Positions 25,782 through 35,025 of a stretch of DNA of 64,000 nt are shown one piece after another. The translations under genes were made by a program, and so were the position numbers. The DNA is from Lachnospiraceae bacterium UBA3316 (GTDB taxonomy: Bacteria > Bacillota > Clostridia > Lachnospirales > Lachnospiraceae), in assembly GCA_002361955.1 (NCBI GenBank), contig DESK01000059.1:7145-71144 (forward strand), read 5' to 3'. Each line of letters opens with the position of its first letter. The first letter of the stretch is position 1. The notes under the pieces were generated by a model. The model searched no databases. It saw nothing but the letters and a program-made list of their open reading frames with translations, and was not told where the DNA came from.

Positions 25782-28724
25782 TTAGTCCTGCGCGGTATTA
25801 TCCGTACCTACGATGGTTGCGCTTCCTGTGATCAGGCTCTTCTCATCCTCCAGGCCGAAACGGTATTTTATAATATCGCGTGCCACCAGGGCAGCGTTTT
25901 TGGATGTGTAACCGTTTGTGATACGCACGGCCATGGCAATCTCCGGCTGATCATAGGGAGCATAACCGATGAACAGCGCATGGTTTGCTTTATCGTTTCT
26001 CTGCTGGGCAGTACCTGTTTTTCCTGCCATTTCAAACTTATATTTGGTTCTCATCTCTTTCAGGGCCGCACTATTATTTGCCATGGCATTCATGCCCTGA
26101 TGGATCGTATCCCACAGCTCCTGGGGTATATCCACCCGGCTGTGTACCACCGGTTCCGGCTCATCCTGGGGCACTCCTGAGGAATCTGTCACCTTCTGCA
26201 GAAGGGTCAGGTCATAGCAAGTTCCGCTGTTTGCGAGGGTTGCCACATACCGGGCCAGCTGGGAGGTCGTGTAGGCATGATCCGACTGTCCCATAGCAGA
26301 ACGGGCCGGGTCAGCTGTCGCCATATGGGGAGCTATCTCATCAATCTCAAGCCCCGATTTCGCGTCCAGGCCATACATTTTTGCATACTTCAGCAGCCTT
26401 TCCATTCCGTAGGAATCGCTGTAGCTGTCCTCGTCGCTGCTCTTCTTTCCCAGAAGGTAGCCTACCGTATTGAAGTAGTAGTTACAGGATTCCTTGATCG
26501 CGTCCGCCATCATAAGCGGTCCGTGGGCGCCTCCGCTCTTTGGGCTGTAGATCCAGCAGTTGATCGGGCGCGAATCGTCCAAAAGATCAAACTGTCCCGT
26601 ACAGTTGACCGTATCATACAGACCGATGACTCCCTCTGAATACCCGGCGGTAGCGGATACCAGCTTGAAGGTAGAACCGGGCGCCGTCTGCTCCTGTGTC
26701 GCCTTGTTGTAAAAGGGGCTGGACAGATCGGTATTCAGCTTATTATAGTAATCAGAATCCATGTCGTTTGCCAGGCGGTTGTTATCGTATCCGGGATAAG
26801 TGACGCAGGCAAGGACGTCGCCGGAGTCGGGATCCGCGATCACCACGGAACCTGTACAGGGCTCCAGAGCCAGCTGCCCCGGCGTCAGCTCCAAATTCAG
26901 GATCTTAGACCGGATAAAATCGTAAGCGCCCATAGCCCCGGAAGCCAAAAGCCCGTAATCCTCATCATCCTGTTCCAGAATCCCCTGGTCATAGAGGAGC
27001 AGGCACACATCCGCGCCGCTTAAGCTTCCCTCCATAATCATGTATTTGTAAATCTTACGGCTGAAGGTTTCATCCTCCGACAGCTTTTCCTCCACGAAAT
27101 CAGCCAGGGCCCTGTTGACCTCCGCCGTGTCCAGATAATCGGTCTCAATCTTAAGCTTCGTCACATCCAGCCATCCCTGGGCGATGGCATAGTCGAGATA
27201 CTCCTGCATACTGATGGACTCATCCGTAGTCCACGCCTTGTAGGTGGCATCATTCTTATCAATTTTGTCCGCGTCCAGAATTCCGGTGGCGTCCGTCAGC
27301 AGGTCATTGACAATATAGGACATATAAACCTGCCACTGCTCATCCTCCATCGCTTCATCGTAGGAGTTGTAGGGCCGGGGGTTTTCCGTGGTGAGCTGAT
27401 TTCTCAATTCCGCAAAGACACTCTCCTGCTTGGAAAGAAACGCCTGGTATACCCGTTTTTCATTGTCCGTGGCGTCGTCGGAAGCCAGATGGCGCGCGTC
27501 CAGCACATTATTTTCAAACAGCGCATAGTAGGCATCATAGACGGGAATACGGATCTCGTCACTGGAGTTTGCCCACTCTGCGTTAAACTCCCTCTCATCA
27601 ATCATGTTGGCATACACGATACCTGCGATATACTGCTCCAAAATCTTGTAGGCGGCAATCTGAAGATCCGCGTCGATCGTAAGATAGATATCGTTTCCGG
27701 CCTGGGGAGCCACCTCCGCATCCTTCATCAAAATCTTTCCCAGGTTATCTACGTACACCGTCTCAGAGCCATCCACACCCTGAAGCTGGAACTCAAAGGA
27801 TTTTTCAAGCCCTGCCTTTCCCACGATGTCCGTGGAGCTGTAAACCTCATTGTCCTCGTTATACTCCTCCAGCTCCTCCATGGAAATCTGGCCGGTATAA
27901 CCGATCAGCGGCGCAAAATAAAGGCTTTCATTGTAGACGCGCAGGGAATCCTCCACCACATCGACGCCCTCATAAACGTCCTTATTTTCCATGATCACAG
28001 CCATGGTCTCCTCGTTAATATCCTTGGCAATGGTGGTGGCCATATATTTCTGGTAGCTGTTGGCGGCTACCTTGCTCCTCATGATCGCAAGCTTCAGAAC
28101 CGTCTCCTTGTCCATCTGCTCCCGGAGGGGAAGCCCTGCCTGAAGAAGCTGTTCGTCCGTGTAGTCGGGATCCAGGATTCCGTACATCTTCTGGCCGCAC
28201 ATATCCTCAATCATCTGATCGGCTGTGGCTTCCGCCTGCTCATCCGTCATATCTTCGATATAGGCCTCACCGTAAATATCAGCCTTGAAACGCTGCAGGC
28301 TGACGCCCTCCCTGGTAAACTCATATTCCTGGTTTTTGTTGAGTTGGATACCGAAATCCATCAGGATGCTGTTTCCGTTGTCCTCGATCACCCGCAGCAG
28401 CCCGTACATACTGCTGTTCAGCGCAAGATTTTTCTCACGCATACTGGAATATGTGCCGCTGTCCTCAAAGGTAACGGAGTACGCCAGCTTATTGTAAGCA
28501 AGGGGATAGCCGTTCCTGTCAAAGATCTCGCCCCTTGTGCTCTTTATGGTCTTTTCCTTTTTGATCTGCATGGTAAAATCTGTCAGGTAGCTCTCCCCGT
28601 TTACGATCTGTAGGTTAAAAAGCTGTTGTATGAGCACAAAGGCAAGAACGCCGAAAACGATCACCAAAACCGCTCCTCTTGACTCTCCCGCCTTTGTAAG
28701 TTTCTCTTTTAAAAATCTAAACAA
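25782..28724 (-). CDS. mrdA: Class B penicillin-binding protein 2 (enlarged, 980 aa)
   Basis: RGEIFDRNG, PGSTFK, ESCNYYF, GKTGTAQ; lies between mreD and minC. Confidence 0.93.
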   Translation of the reverse strand: MFRFLKEKLTKAGESRGAVLVIVFGVLAFVLIQQLFNLQIVNGESYLTDFTMQIKKEKTIKSTRGEIFDRNGYPLAYNKLAYSVTFEDSGTYSSMREKNLALNSSMYGLLRVIEDNGNSILMDFGIQLNKNQEYEFTREGVSLQRFKADIYGEAYIEDMTDEQAEATADQMIEDMCGQKMYGILDPDYTDEQLLQAGLPLREQMDKETVLKLAIMRSKVAANSYQKYMATTIAKDINEETMAVIMENKDVYEGVDVVEDSLRVYNESLYFAPLIGYTGQISMEELEEYNEDNEVYSSTDIVGKAGLEKSFEFQLQGVDGSETVYVDNLGKILMKDAEVAPQAGNDIYLTIDADLQIAAYKILEQYIAGIVYANMIDEREFNAEWANSSDEIRIPVYDAYYALFENNVLDARHLASDDATDNEKRVYQAFLSKQESVFAELRNQLTTENPRPYNSYDEAMEDEQWQVYMSYIVNDLLTDATGILDADKIDKNDATYKAWTTDESISMQEYLDYAIAQGWLDVTKLKIETDYLDTAEVNRALADFVEEKLSEDETFSRKIYKYMIMEGSLSGADVCLLLYDQGILEQDDEDYGLLASGAMGAYDFIRSKILNLELTPGQLALEPCTGSVVIADPDSGDVLACVTYPGYDNNRLANDMDSDYYNKLNTDLSSPFYNKATQEQTAPGSTFKLVSATAGYSEGVIGLYDTVNCTGQFDLLDDSRPINCWIYSPKSGGAHGPLMMADAIKESCNYYFNTVGYLLGKKSSDEDSYSDSYGMERLLKYAKMYGLDAKSGLEIDEIAPHMATADPARSAMGQSDHAYTTSQLARYVATLANSGTCYDLTLLQKVTDSSGVPQDEPEPVVHSRVDIPQELWDTIHQGMNAMANNSAALKEMRTKYKFEMAGKTGTAQQRNDKANHALFIGYAPYDQPEIAMAVRITNGYTSKNAALVARDIIKYRFGLEDEKSLITGSATIVGTDNTAQD

Positions 28725-29235
28725 AACTATCTACACTCCTTTGTTCTGCTTTCTCCAATTTACGGTTCAACGCCAGTAACAGCCGATAACAAAGCATGGT
28801 TAAGATCGCCGTATAAATGACCTCCGGTATGATGATGCGCCCCAGATAGAAGAAAAAGTCTGTCCTTCCCCTCAAAAGGAAGCGGAAAACATATACCAGA
28901 ATATTGAGCGCCAGGTCACTGCCGCAAACAAGCAGGATCGGCATCTTGATATCGTCGTCATAGAAGATCCTGCAGCAAAACCCATTCACAAACCCTACGT
29001 ACGTATATAAGAGGGTATAGAACCCCAGTCCGCTTGAAAAGAAAATGTCTGTTAAAATGCCTCCCAAAAAGCCCACAAACATTCCCTCCCGTTTCCCCCG
29101 CATCAGAGCGAAGGATACTGTGATCACAAGCAGCAAATTCGGGGATATGGAAGCCACAGCTATGGCCTGGAGGACGGTACACTGCAAAAGAAATGACAGC
29201 AATACCAGGAAAATCATCACAATTCTTCTTTTCAA
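28717..29235 (-). CDS. mreD: Rod shape-determining protein MreD
   Basis: Hydrophobic; ISPNLLLVI...GK.EG...GF.GG...D. Confidence 0.93.
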   Translation of the reverse strand: MKRRIVMIFLVLLSFLLQCTVLQAIAVASISPNLLLVITVSFALMRGKREGMFVGFLGGILTDIFFSSGLGFYTLLYTYVGFVNGFCCRIFYDDDIKMPILLVCGSDLALNILVYVFRFLLRGRTDFFFYLGRIIIPEVIYTAILTMLCYRLLLALNRKLEKAEQRSVDSFV

Positions 29236-29237
29236 TG

Positions 29238-30188
29238 CTATTCCTCCTCTGTCCCGCTCTCTGTCTCCGTCTCACTCTGGGATGTATCAGCCGTTACACT
29301 GTTCTCTGTGTCAGACTGGGCATCTAAAGATTCTTTTGCCGCATCAATCTCCTTAAGCTGCTTGATCACGAGAACCTCATGGAGATGACGGAAATCAACC
29401 ACCGGGGTGATCGTTCCGGACTTTGTAAGATTGTTGGAATCCATCCCCACCTCGCTGATATAGCCAATCAGAATTCCCGGCAGAAAACGGTCACTCACAT
29501 CGGAAGTCACGACCTTATCTCCTACCGTGACCTTGTCATTGGTATCCGTAAGCTTCACCAGCCGGATCTTTCCCTCGTCGATCAGACGGAGATCTCCCGC
29601 AATGATACAGTTGTCCGAGGTAGATGTAACCGTGGCGCTCACATTGCTGTAATCATCGATAATCGAACGGACGGTAGCCCAGTTCGGCCCTGTCTCCGTA
29701 ACGATGCCCACCAGCCCGCCTTCCGTGATCACATTCTGGTCCACCTGTATGCCGTTCGCAGAACCCTTGTCAATGGTAAACACATTGAACCAGTTTCCCG
29801 CGTCCTTGGCTATGATCCTGGCTCCAATCTTTTCATAATCCTCATACTGCTTATCCAGCTCATAGAGGGAGCGAAGCCTGTTCAGCTCCTCCTTATCCTG
29901 AAGAAGCTGGTTGTTCTCAGCCGTCAGGGTGTCCACCTTCTCCTTCAGCTCCTCGTTTTCGGCTACCAGGTCCGTGGAGTTCTGAAGATAGGCTCCCCTT
30001 TCAGTAATCCAGTCCCCCACCTGGTTCAGCCCGTTCTGGACGGGAGTAATCACATATCCCGCCACATATCCCACAGGGCCGGAAGCCATGTCCGTCACGA
30101 ACGTCAGCACAATGAGAATCAGGCAGAGCACTGTGATCACAATCAGAATATATTTGCTTTTTAATGAATCATTAAACTTCTTCTTCAT
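29238..30188 (-). CDS. mreC: Rod shape-determining protein MreC
   Basis: TM, coiled coil, FTIDKGS..GI, GLVGIV, PVVDF. Confidence 0.95.
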   Translation of the reverse strand: MKKKFNDSLKSKYILIVITVLCLILIVLTFVTDMASGPVGYVAGYVITPVQNGLNQVGDWITERGAYLQNSTDLVAENEELKEKVDTLTAENNQLLQDKEELNRLRSLYELDKQYEDYEKIGARIIAKDAGNWFNVFTIDKGSANGIQVDQNVITEGGLVGIVTETGPNWATVRSIIDDYSNVSATVTSTSDNCIIAGDLRLIDEGKIRLVKLTDTNDKVTVGDKVVTSDVSDRFLPGILIGYISEVGMDSNNLTKSGTITPVVDFRHLHEVLVIKQLKEIDAAKESLDAQSDTENSVTADTSQSETETESGTEEE

Positions 30189-30269
30189 GAAATTTCCTCT
30201 TTATGATTGATTCCCGCAAGCAATGAGCCAAGTGCCGCGCTTGCAGCGGGATATTTGACTTTAAAGCCC

Positions 30270-31277
30270 TTACAGGTCTTTCACTGAAAATGTAAGCTTC
30301 CGAAGCTCAGGGTCGTTCATGATCCTGACAAGCCCCCGGACGGTGGACGCCTCAGGCTCCGGCACGTTGTAAGTCGTCACTCCCAGATGCTGCCCCACAT
30401 ACTCGGCGCAGTTAGGGATCTGCGACAGGCCGCCGGTAAGATACACGCCGTTTTTGTAAATGTCAGAGGCCAGCTGGGGCGGCGTCCGCTCCAGTGTCGT
30501 CTTTACATTCTCCGCGATCTCCAGTAGCGAACCGGCCACAGCGTCGTTCACATCCTCGGAGGAGACAAGCACCGATACAGGAAGCCCCGTCACCGCGTGA
30601 ATACCGCACACCTTCATCTGCCTGCTGACGCCCCGCAGCATATAGGCAAGGTTGTTCTTCAAAAGCTCAGCTGACCGGTGCCCGATATTCAGATCATAAC
30701 GCCTCCTGACGATCGTGACAATGTCCTCGTCCAATCGGAAGCCGCCAATGCCCAGCCTCTTCCCGACAATAATCTTTCCCTCAGAGATCACGCCAATATC
30801 CGTTGTGGAGGCACCCATATTCACCACCATATTTCCCATAGGATGGAGAATAGGCATGCCAAGCCCCGCCGCGTCAGCCAGCCCGTTTTCAATGAGCGCC
30901 ACCCGCTTTGCCCGTATGCTGCCTGTCAGCAGCTGGCCGAAAGCCATGCGCTCCAGCTCGCTGATTCCCACCGGCACGGTAATAATAATATCCGGATGCT
31001 TCGCCAGCAGGTTCGTGTATCGTTTCAAAAGCTGTGTCAGCACAATCTCAAGGTTCTTTACATCCGCAATCGTTCCGTGCTGCATAGGACTTCCCGCTTC
31101 CACATTTGCCGGTGCTTTCTCATAAATTTCAAAGGCCTTGCTCCCGACAGCGATCACCTTTGCCTGGTTGCGGATAGCAATCATATTTTTTTCACATACA
31201 TATTTTTTTTCATTTTTATCGCAGATCTTGATCGTATCTGTCCCCAGATCTACTCCGCAGATTTTTCGAAAAAGCAT
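30270..31277 (-). CDS. mreB: Divergent MreB-family actin-like protein
   Basis: GVDLGT, GTIAD, LERTPPQLASDI, LTGG; radC-mreB-mreC position; nucleotide motifs degenerate. Confidence 0.88.
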   Translation of the reverse strand: MLFRKICGVDLGTDTIKICDKNEKKYVCEKNMIAIRNQAKVIAVGSKAFEIYEKAPANVEAGSPMQHGTIADVKNLEIVLTQLLKRYTNLLAKHPDIIITVPVGISELERMAFGQLLTGSIRAKRVALIENGLADAAGLGMPILHPMGNMVVNMGASTTDIGVISEGKIIVGKRLGIGGFRLDEDIVTIVRRRYDLNIGHRSAELLKNNLAYMLRGVSRQMKVCGIHAVTGLPVSVLVSSEDVNDAVAGSLLEIAENVKTTLERTPPQLASDIYKNGVYLTGGLSQIPNCAEYVGQHLGVTTYNVPEPEASTVRGLVRIMNDPELRKLTFSVKDL

Positions 31278-31292
31278 AGCTATCCCTCTTAT

Positions 31293-31994
31293 TCACTCTT
31301 CCAGAAGGCAGCTCTCCCGGAAGCTCATGTATTTTCTGTCTCCGATAATGATATGATCCAGCAATTCTATGCCGAGAAGATGTCCCGCCTCCTGAACCCT
31401 TCTGGTAAAGGCGATATCATCCCTGCTGGGAGCCGGATCCCCGCTGGGATGGTTATGAACCAGCACAACAAAGACTGCATGATAATGCAGCGCCTGCAGA
31501 AAGATTTCTCTGGGAGAGATCATGGAAGCATTTGCTGTCCCCTTGGAGATGATCTGTTCTCCCAAAAGCCTGTTCTTCGTATTCAGCATCATAAGTATCA
31601 TCTGTTCCTGGTCGCTGTGCCGAAAATCTTCCATAAAATATGCCGCGATGGTGGACGGCTTATGAAAATGCAGCGTCTCCCCTGCCCGTTTCTTGGCAAG
31701 CCTTCTGGAAAGCTCCAGAATACACTGAATCTGCATGGCTTTGACCTTGCCCACGCCGCGGATCCCCATCAGATCAGGAATCGTCAGCCGATGAAGGCCG
31801 AGGATCCCCTCCTCACCGCAGGCAGCAGCCAAAATATTTTTCGACAGCTCAATCACTGTCATCCCTCTTGCCCCCGTCCGCAGGATAACGCTCAAAAGCT
31901 CCGCGTCGCTGAGGGCTGATGAACCCAAGGCCATGCACTTTTCATAAGGTCTCTCCTCGTCGGATAGTTCCTTCATTGTCAATTTTTCATTCAT
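31293..31994 (-). CDS. radC: RadC family JAB domain protein
   Basis: ERPYEK, LSDAELL, HNHPSGDPAPS..D, LLDHII. Confidence 0.97.
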   Translation of the reverse strand: MNEKLTMKELSDEERPYEKCMALGSSALSDAELLSVILRTGARGMTVIELSKNILAAACGEEGILGLHRLTIPDLMGIRGVGKVKAMQIQCILELSRRLAKKRAGETLHFHKPSTIAAYFMEDFRHSDQEQMILMMLNTKNRLLGEQIISKGTANASMISPREIFLQALHYHAVFVVLVHNHPSGDPAPSRDDIAFTRRVQEAGHLLGIELLDHIIIGDRKYMSFRESCLLEE

Positions 31995-32145
31995 ACTGTA
32001 TACTGCATGGCTCTCTCCCGACAGAAAACATGGTAATACATTATGAATCCCGTTATATTATAAACATGGTTCATTTTAGCACAAAAGAGGGATAATGTAT
32101 ACCGTCGGAATCCTTAAATTTTTGTGACCGAAAAAAAATGTCCCT

Positions 32146-33747
32146 TTAACGCGGGCCGCCCCAGGGGGCATACAGCCGAATGATACTTTCCGCCACGCGG
32201 AGGCCGTCCATGGCGGCGGAGGTAATTCCCCCCGCGTACCCGGCCCCCTCCCCGCAGGGATACAGGCCGGCTATGGAGCTTTCGCATTCCTCATTCCTTG
32301 GAATCTTTACGGGGGAAGAGGTGCGGCTTTCCACTCCTGCCAGAAGGGCGTCCCCTCGGTCAAAGCCTTTGATCAGTCGGCCGCAGCCCGTGATTCCCTC
32401 CCGCAGGGACTCGTAAAGTTCCGCCGGAAAGCAGGGCTTCAAATCCCCAAGGGCGTACCTTCCCCGGACAGCCGGTTCTACCTCCCCCAGGCTTCTGCTT
32501 GGCACCCCCCGGCAGAAATCCCCCAGAAGCTGCACGGGAACGCGTCCCTCCCCGGCCCGGTAAGCAGCCTCCTCGAGATGCCTCTGAAATCTCATGCCGG
32601 CCAGGGCATCCCCGCTTCCGTAATCTGCAGGGCTTACCGTCACTACCATGGCGCTGTTGGCATTCTTTCCGTCCCTGGCGTGATAGCTCATGCCGTTGAC
32701 GGCCGTCCGCCCCGTCTCTGAAGAGGCGTCCACCACGTATCCCCCGGGACACATGCAGAAGGAGTAGACGCCCCTGCCGTTGGCAAGCTTCCTTGTCAGC
32801 TTGTAATCGGCGGCGGGCAGCTCCCTCCCCCTGGGCCTTCCATACTGGGAAAGATCAATCATAGGCTGGGGATGCTGGATGCGCACGCCTACGGCAAAGG
32901 CCTTCGCCTCCATGCGGAGGGGCTTTTCTGCCAGCATCTCAAAGGTATCTCTGGCACTGTGGCCGATGGCCATCACCAAAACGCCGCAGTCCATCCAGGA
33001 CTCCCCGTTAATCTCGATCGCCTTGACCTGCCCTTGTTCCGCGCGCAGGTCGGTCATCCGGCTTTGAAAGCGCACCTCTCCCCCCAGGGACAGGATCTCC
33101 TCCCTGATATTTTTTACCACATCCCGCAGGATATCCGTACCGATGTGGGGCTTGTTCAGCCACAGGATCTCCTCCGGCGCTCCCGCCTTCACAAAGCTTT
33201 CCAGCACATAGCGGTTCCTTCCCGTGGCGTCCTTCACAGCCGTGTTCAGCTTTCCATCGGAAAAAGTACCTGCGCCGCCCTCCCCGAACTGTACGTTGGA
33301 AGACGTATCCAGCATACCTGTATGCCAAAAGGCTTCCACCTTCCTCTGCCGTTCCTCCACCCGTTCTCCCCGCTCTAAAAGAATCGGGCAGTACCCGGCT
33401 CTGGCAAGAAGCAGGCCGCAAAGAAGCCCTGCGGGGCCGGTTCCCACAATCACCGGGCGGCAGGAGAGCTTCCCCTCTCCGTGGACAGGGGGACAGTAGC
33501 CCTTCTGTTCCAGCCTCTGGATATTGGAAGACCGGACACGCGTCAGGACTTTCTTCTGGTCCCTTACCTCCGCGTCGATGGAATAGACAAACATCACCTC
33601 CGGCTTTTTTCTGGCGTCAACCGATCGCCTGGCGATGCGAAAGGAGAGCAGGTGGTTCTCCTTTATTTTCAGCGCCTTTATAATTTCCCGGCGAAGCTCC
33701 TCCGGCGTATGGGATACCGGCATTTTCAACTGTCCGATACGTATCAT
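32146..33747 (-). CDS. FAD-dependent oxidoreductase (COG2509)
   Basis: GTGPAG, VQFGEGGAGTFSDGKL, FCMCPGG, GEGAGYAGGITSAAMDG. Confidence 0.9.
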   Translation of the reverse strand: MIRIGQLKMPVSHTPEELRREIIKALKIKENHLLSFRIARRSVDARKKPEVMFVYSIDAEVRDQKKVLTRVRSSNIQRLEQKGYCPPVHGEGKLSCRPVIVGTGPAGLLCGLLLARAGYCPILLERGERVEERQRKVEAFWHTGMLDTSSNVQFGEGGAGTFSDGKLNTAVKDATGRNRYVLESFVKAGAPEEILWLNKPHIGTDILRDVVKNIREEILSLGGEVRFQSRMTDLRAEQGQVKAIEINGESWMDCGVLVMAIGHSARDTFEMLAEKPLRMEAKAFAVGVRIQHPQPMIDLSQYGRPRGRELPAADYKLTRKLANGRGVYSFCMCPGGYVVDASSETGRTAVNGMSYHARDGKNANSAMVVTVSPADYGSGDALAGMRFQRHLEEAAYRAGEGRVPVQLLGDFCRGVPSRSLGEVEPAVRGRYALGDLKPCFPAELYESLREGITGCGRLIKGFDRGDALLAGVESRTSSPVKIPRNEECESSIAGLYPCGEGAGYAGGITSAAMDGLRVAESIIRLYAPWGGPR

Positions 33748-33795
33748 GCTTTGCTCCTTCCTAACCATTCTTCCGTTTCCGGCTATACCTGCCCC

Positions 33796-35025
33796 CTAAA
33801 ATCCCCAGGCCCCAAGAGCGGCTGCCGCGCTGCTCCCCGCCGTATAGCCGCTGGACCAGGCCCACTGGAGATTGTAGCCTCCGCAAATGCCGTCCACATC
33901 CAGAAGCTCTCCAGCCAGATACAGCCCCGGCATTTTCCTGGATTCCAGGGTTTCAGGAGAAACCTCCTTCTCCGGGACGCCCCCTGCGCAGACCTGCGCC
34001 ATATCAAAATCCTTCGTTCCCGTGACAGTGACCGTCAGATCCTTCAAAAAGGCAGCCGCAGCGTCAGCAAAGGCCTGTCCTCTCTCCTGACAAACCTTTT
34101 TTCCTGTCAGCTTTACAAAAGCCGCGATCGTTTTCTTCTTCATAAATCCCGCGAGCAGCTCCTCCGCCCCCTGTTCCGGGCAGAGGGAACGGCGGCGGGC
34201 CAGCATTTCTACCAGTTCATCCCTGGAATACTCCGGCATCTGGTCAATATGAAGAACCGGTCTCTTTTTTTCGCTTAAAGCAGCCGGGAGAAATCTGGAC
34301 AGCTGAAAGACCACGATCCCTGACACACCGTAATCCGTCCACTGAAGTTCCCCCGTCTCCCTGCAGCAGATCCTTCCGTCAATCTCAAGGGCCAGGGCTG
34401 CCTGGGTACGTGTCCCGGAAAGCATCCGCGGCAGCGGGCCCTCTGCCTTCAGCGGAACGAGGGCCGGATAGATGGGCGTCAGGCTGTGTCCGCAGGATAG
34501 CGCCAGTTCATAGCCGCTGCCGTCAGACCCGGTCTGGGGGGCAGCCTTCCCTCCGGCGCAGAGAATCACCTTGCTGCAGGGATAGCTCCAGGTATCGGTG
34601 CGCACCTGGAACCCTTCATCAGTCCGCAGGATCTGCCGCACGTTCTCATTATATTTCATCTTGACCTTCAGGCGGCGAAGCTCCAGAAGCAGCAGCTCAA
34701 GCACGCTTCCCGCCTGGTCGGTGTAGGGATACACATAGCCCGCCCTCTCTCTTGTCAGAAGGCCAAGCCCATGAAAGAAATCCATCGTATCCTGTACGCC
34801 AAAACGCCCCAGAACCTGCCGGACGAAGGCCTGGTCCGCTCCCCGGTAGGCTGCCTCCGCAGGCAGTGTATTCGTAAGGTTGCATCTGCCGTTTCCGGTG
34901 ATCAGAAGCTTCCTGCCCGGTTTTTCCATCTTCTCAAGAACCGTCACAGACGCGCCCTGCCTGGCGGCGGCGATGGCCGCTGTCAGTCCGGACGGGCCTG
35001 CGCCGATAACGATAATCTGTGTCAT
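33796..35025 (-). CDS. HI0933/BaiN family flavoprotein
   Basis: GAGPSG, GRKLLITGNGRCNLTN, GGYNLQWAWSSG. Confidence 0.92.
   Translation of the reverse strand: MTQIIVIGAGPSGLTAAIAAARQGASVTVLEKMEKPGRKLLITGNGRCNLTNTLPAEAAYRGADQAFVRQVLGRFGVQDTMDFFHGLGLLTRERAGYVYPYTDQAGSVLELLLLELRRLKVKMKYNENVRQILRTDEGFQVRTDTWSYPCSKVILCAGGKAAPQTGSDGSGYELALSCGHSLTPIYPALVPLKAEGPLPRMLSGTRTQAALALEIDGRICCRETGELQWTDYGVSGIVVFQLSRFLPAALSEKKRPVLHIDQMPEYSRDELVEMLARRRSLCPEQGAEELLAGFMKKKTIAAFVKLTGKKVCQERGQAFADAAAAFLKDLTVTVTGTKDFDMAQVCAGGVPEKEVSPETLESRKMPGLYLAGELLDVDGICGGYNLQWAWSSGYTAGSSAAAALGAWGF

Noticed and set aside
30205-30255. Imperfect hairpin between mreB and mreC
   Set aside because: Short interrupted stem without a T-tract; too weak to call.
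30678-31919. 413-aa + strand ORF
   Set aside because: Antisense shadow of mreB and radC with no motifs; the same applies to 27489-28613, 37614-38519, 42541-43575 and 56920-57858.
32062-32072. AAAC-ATG-GTTC upstream of radC as an SOS box
   Set aside because: Spacer is 3 bp instead of 4 and one half-site is imperfect.
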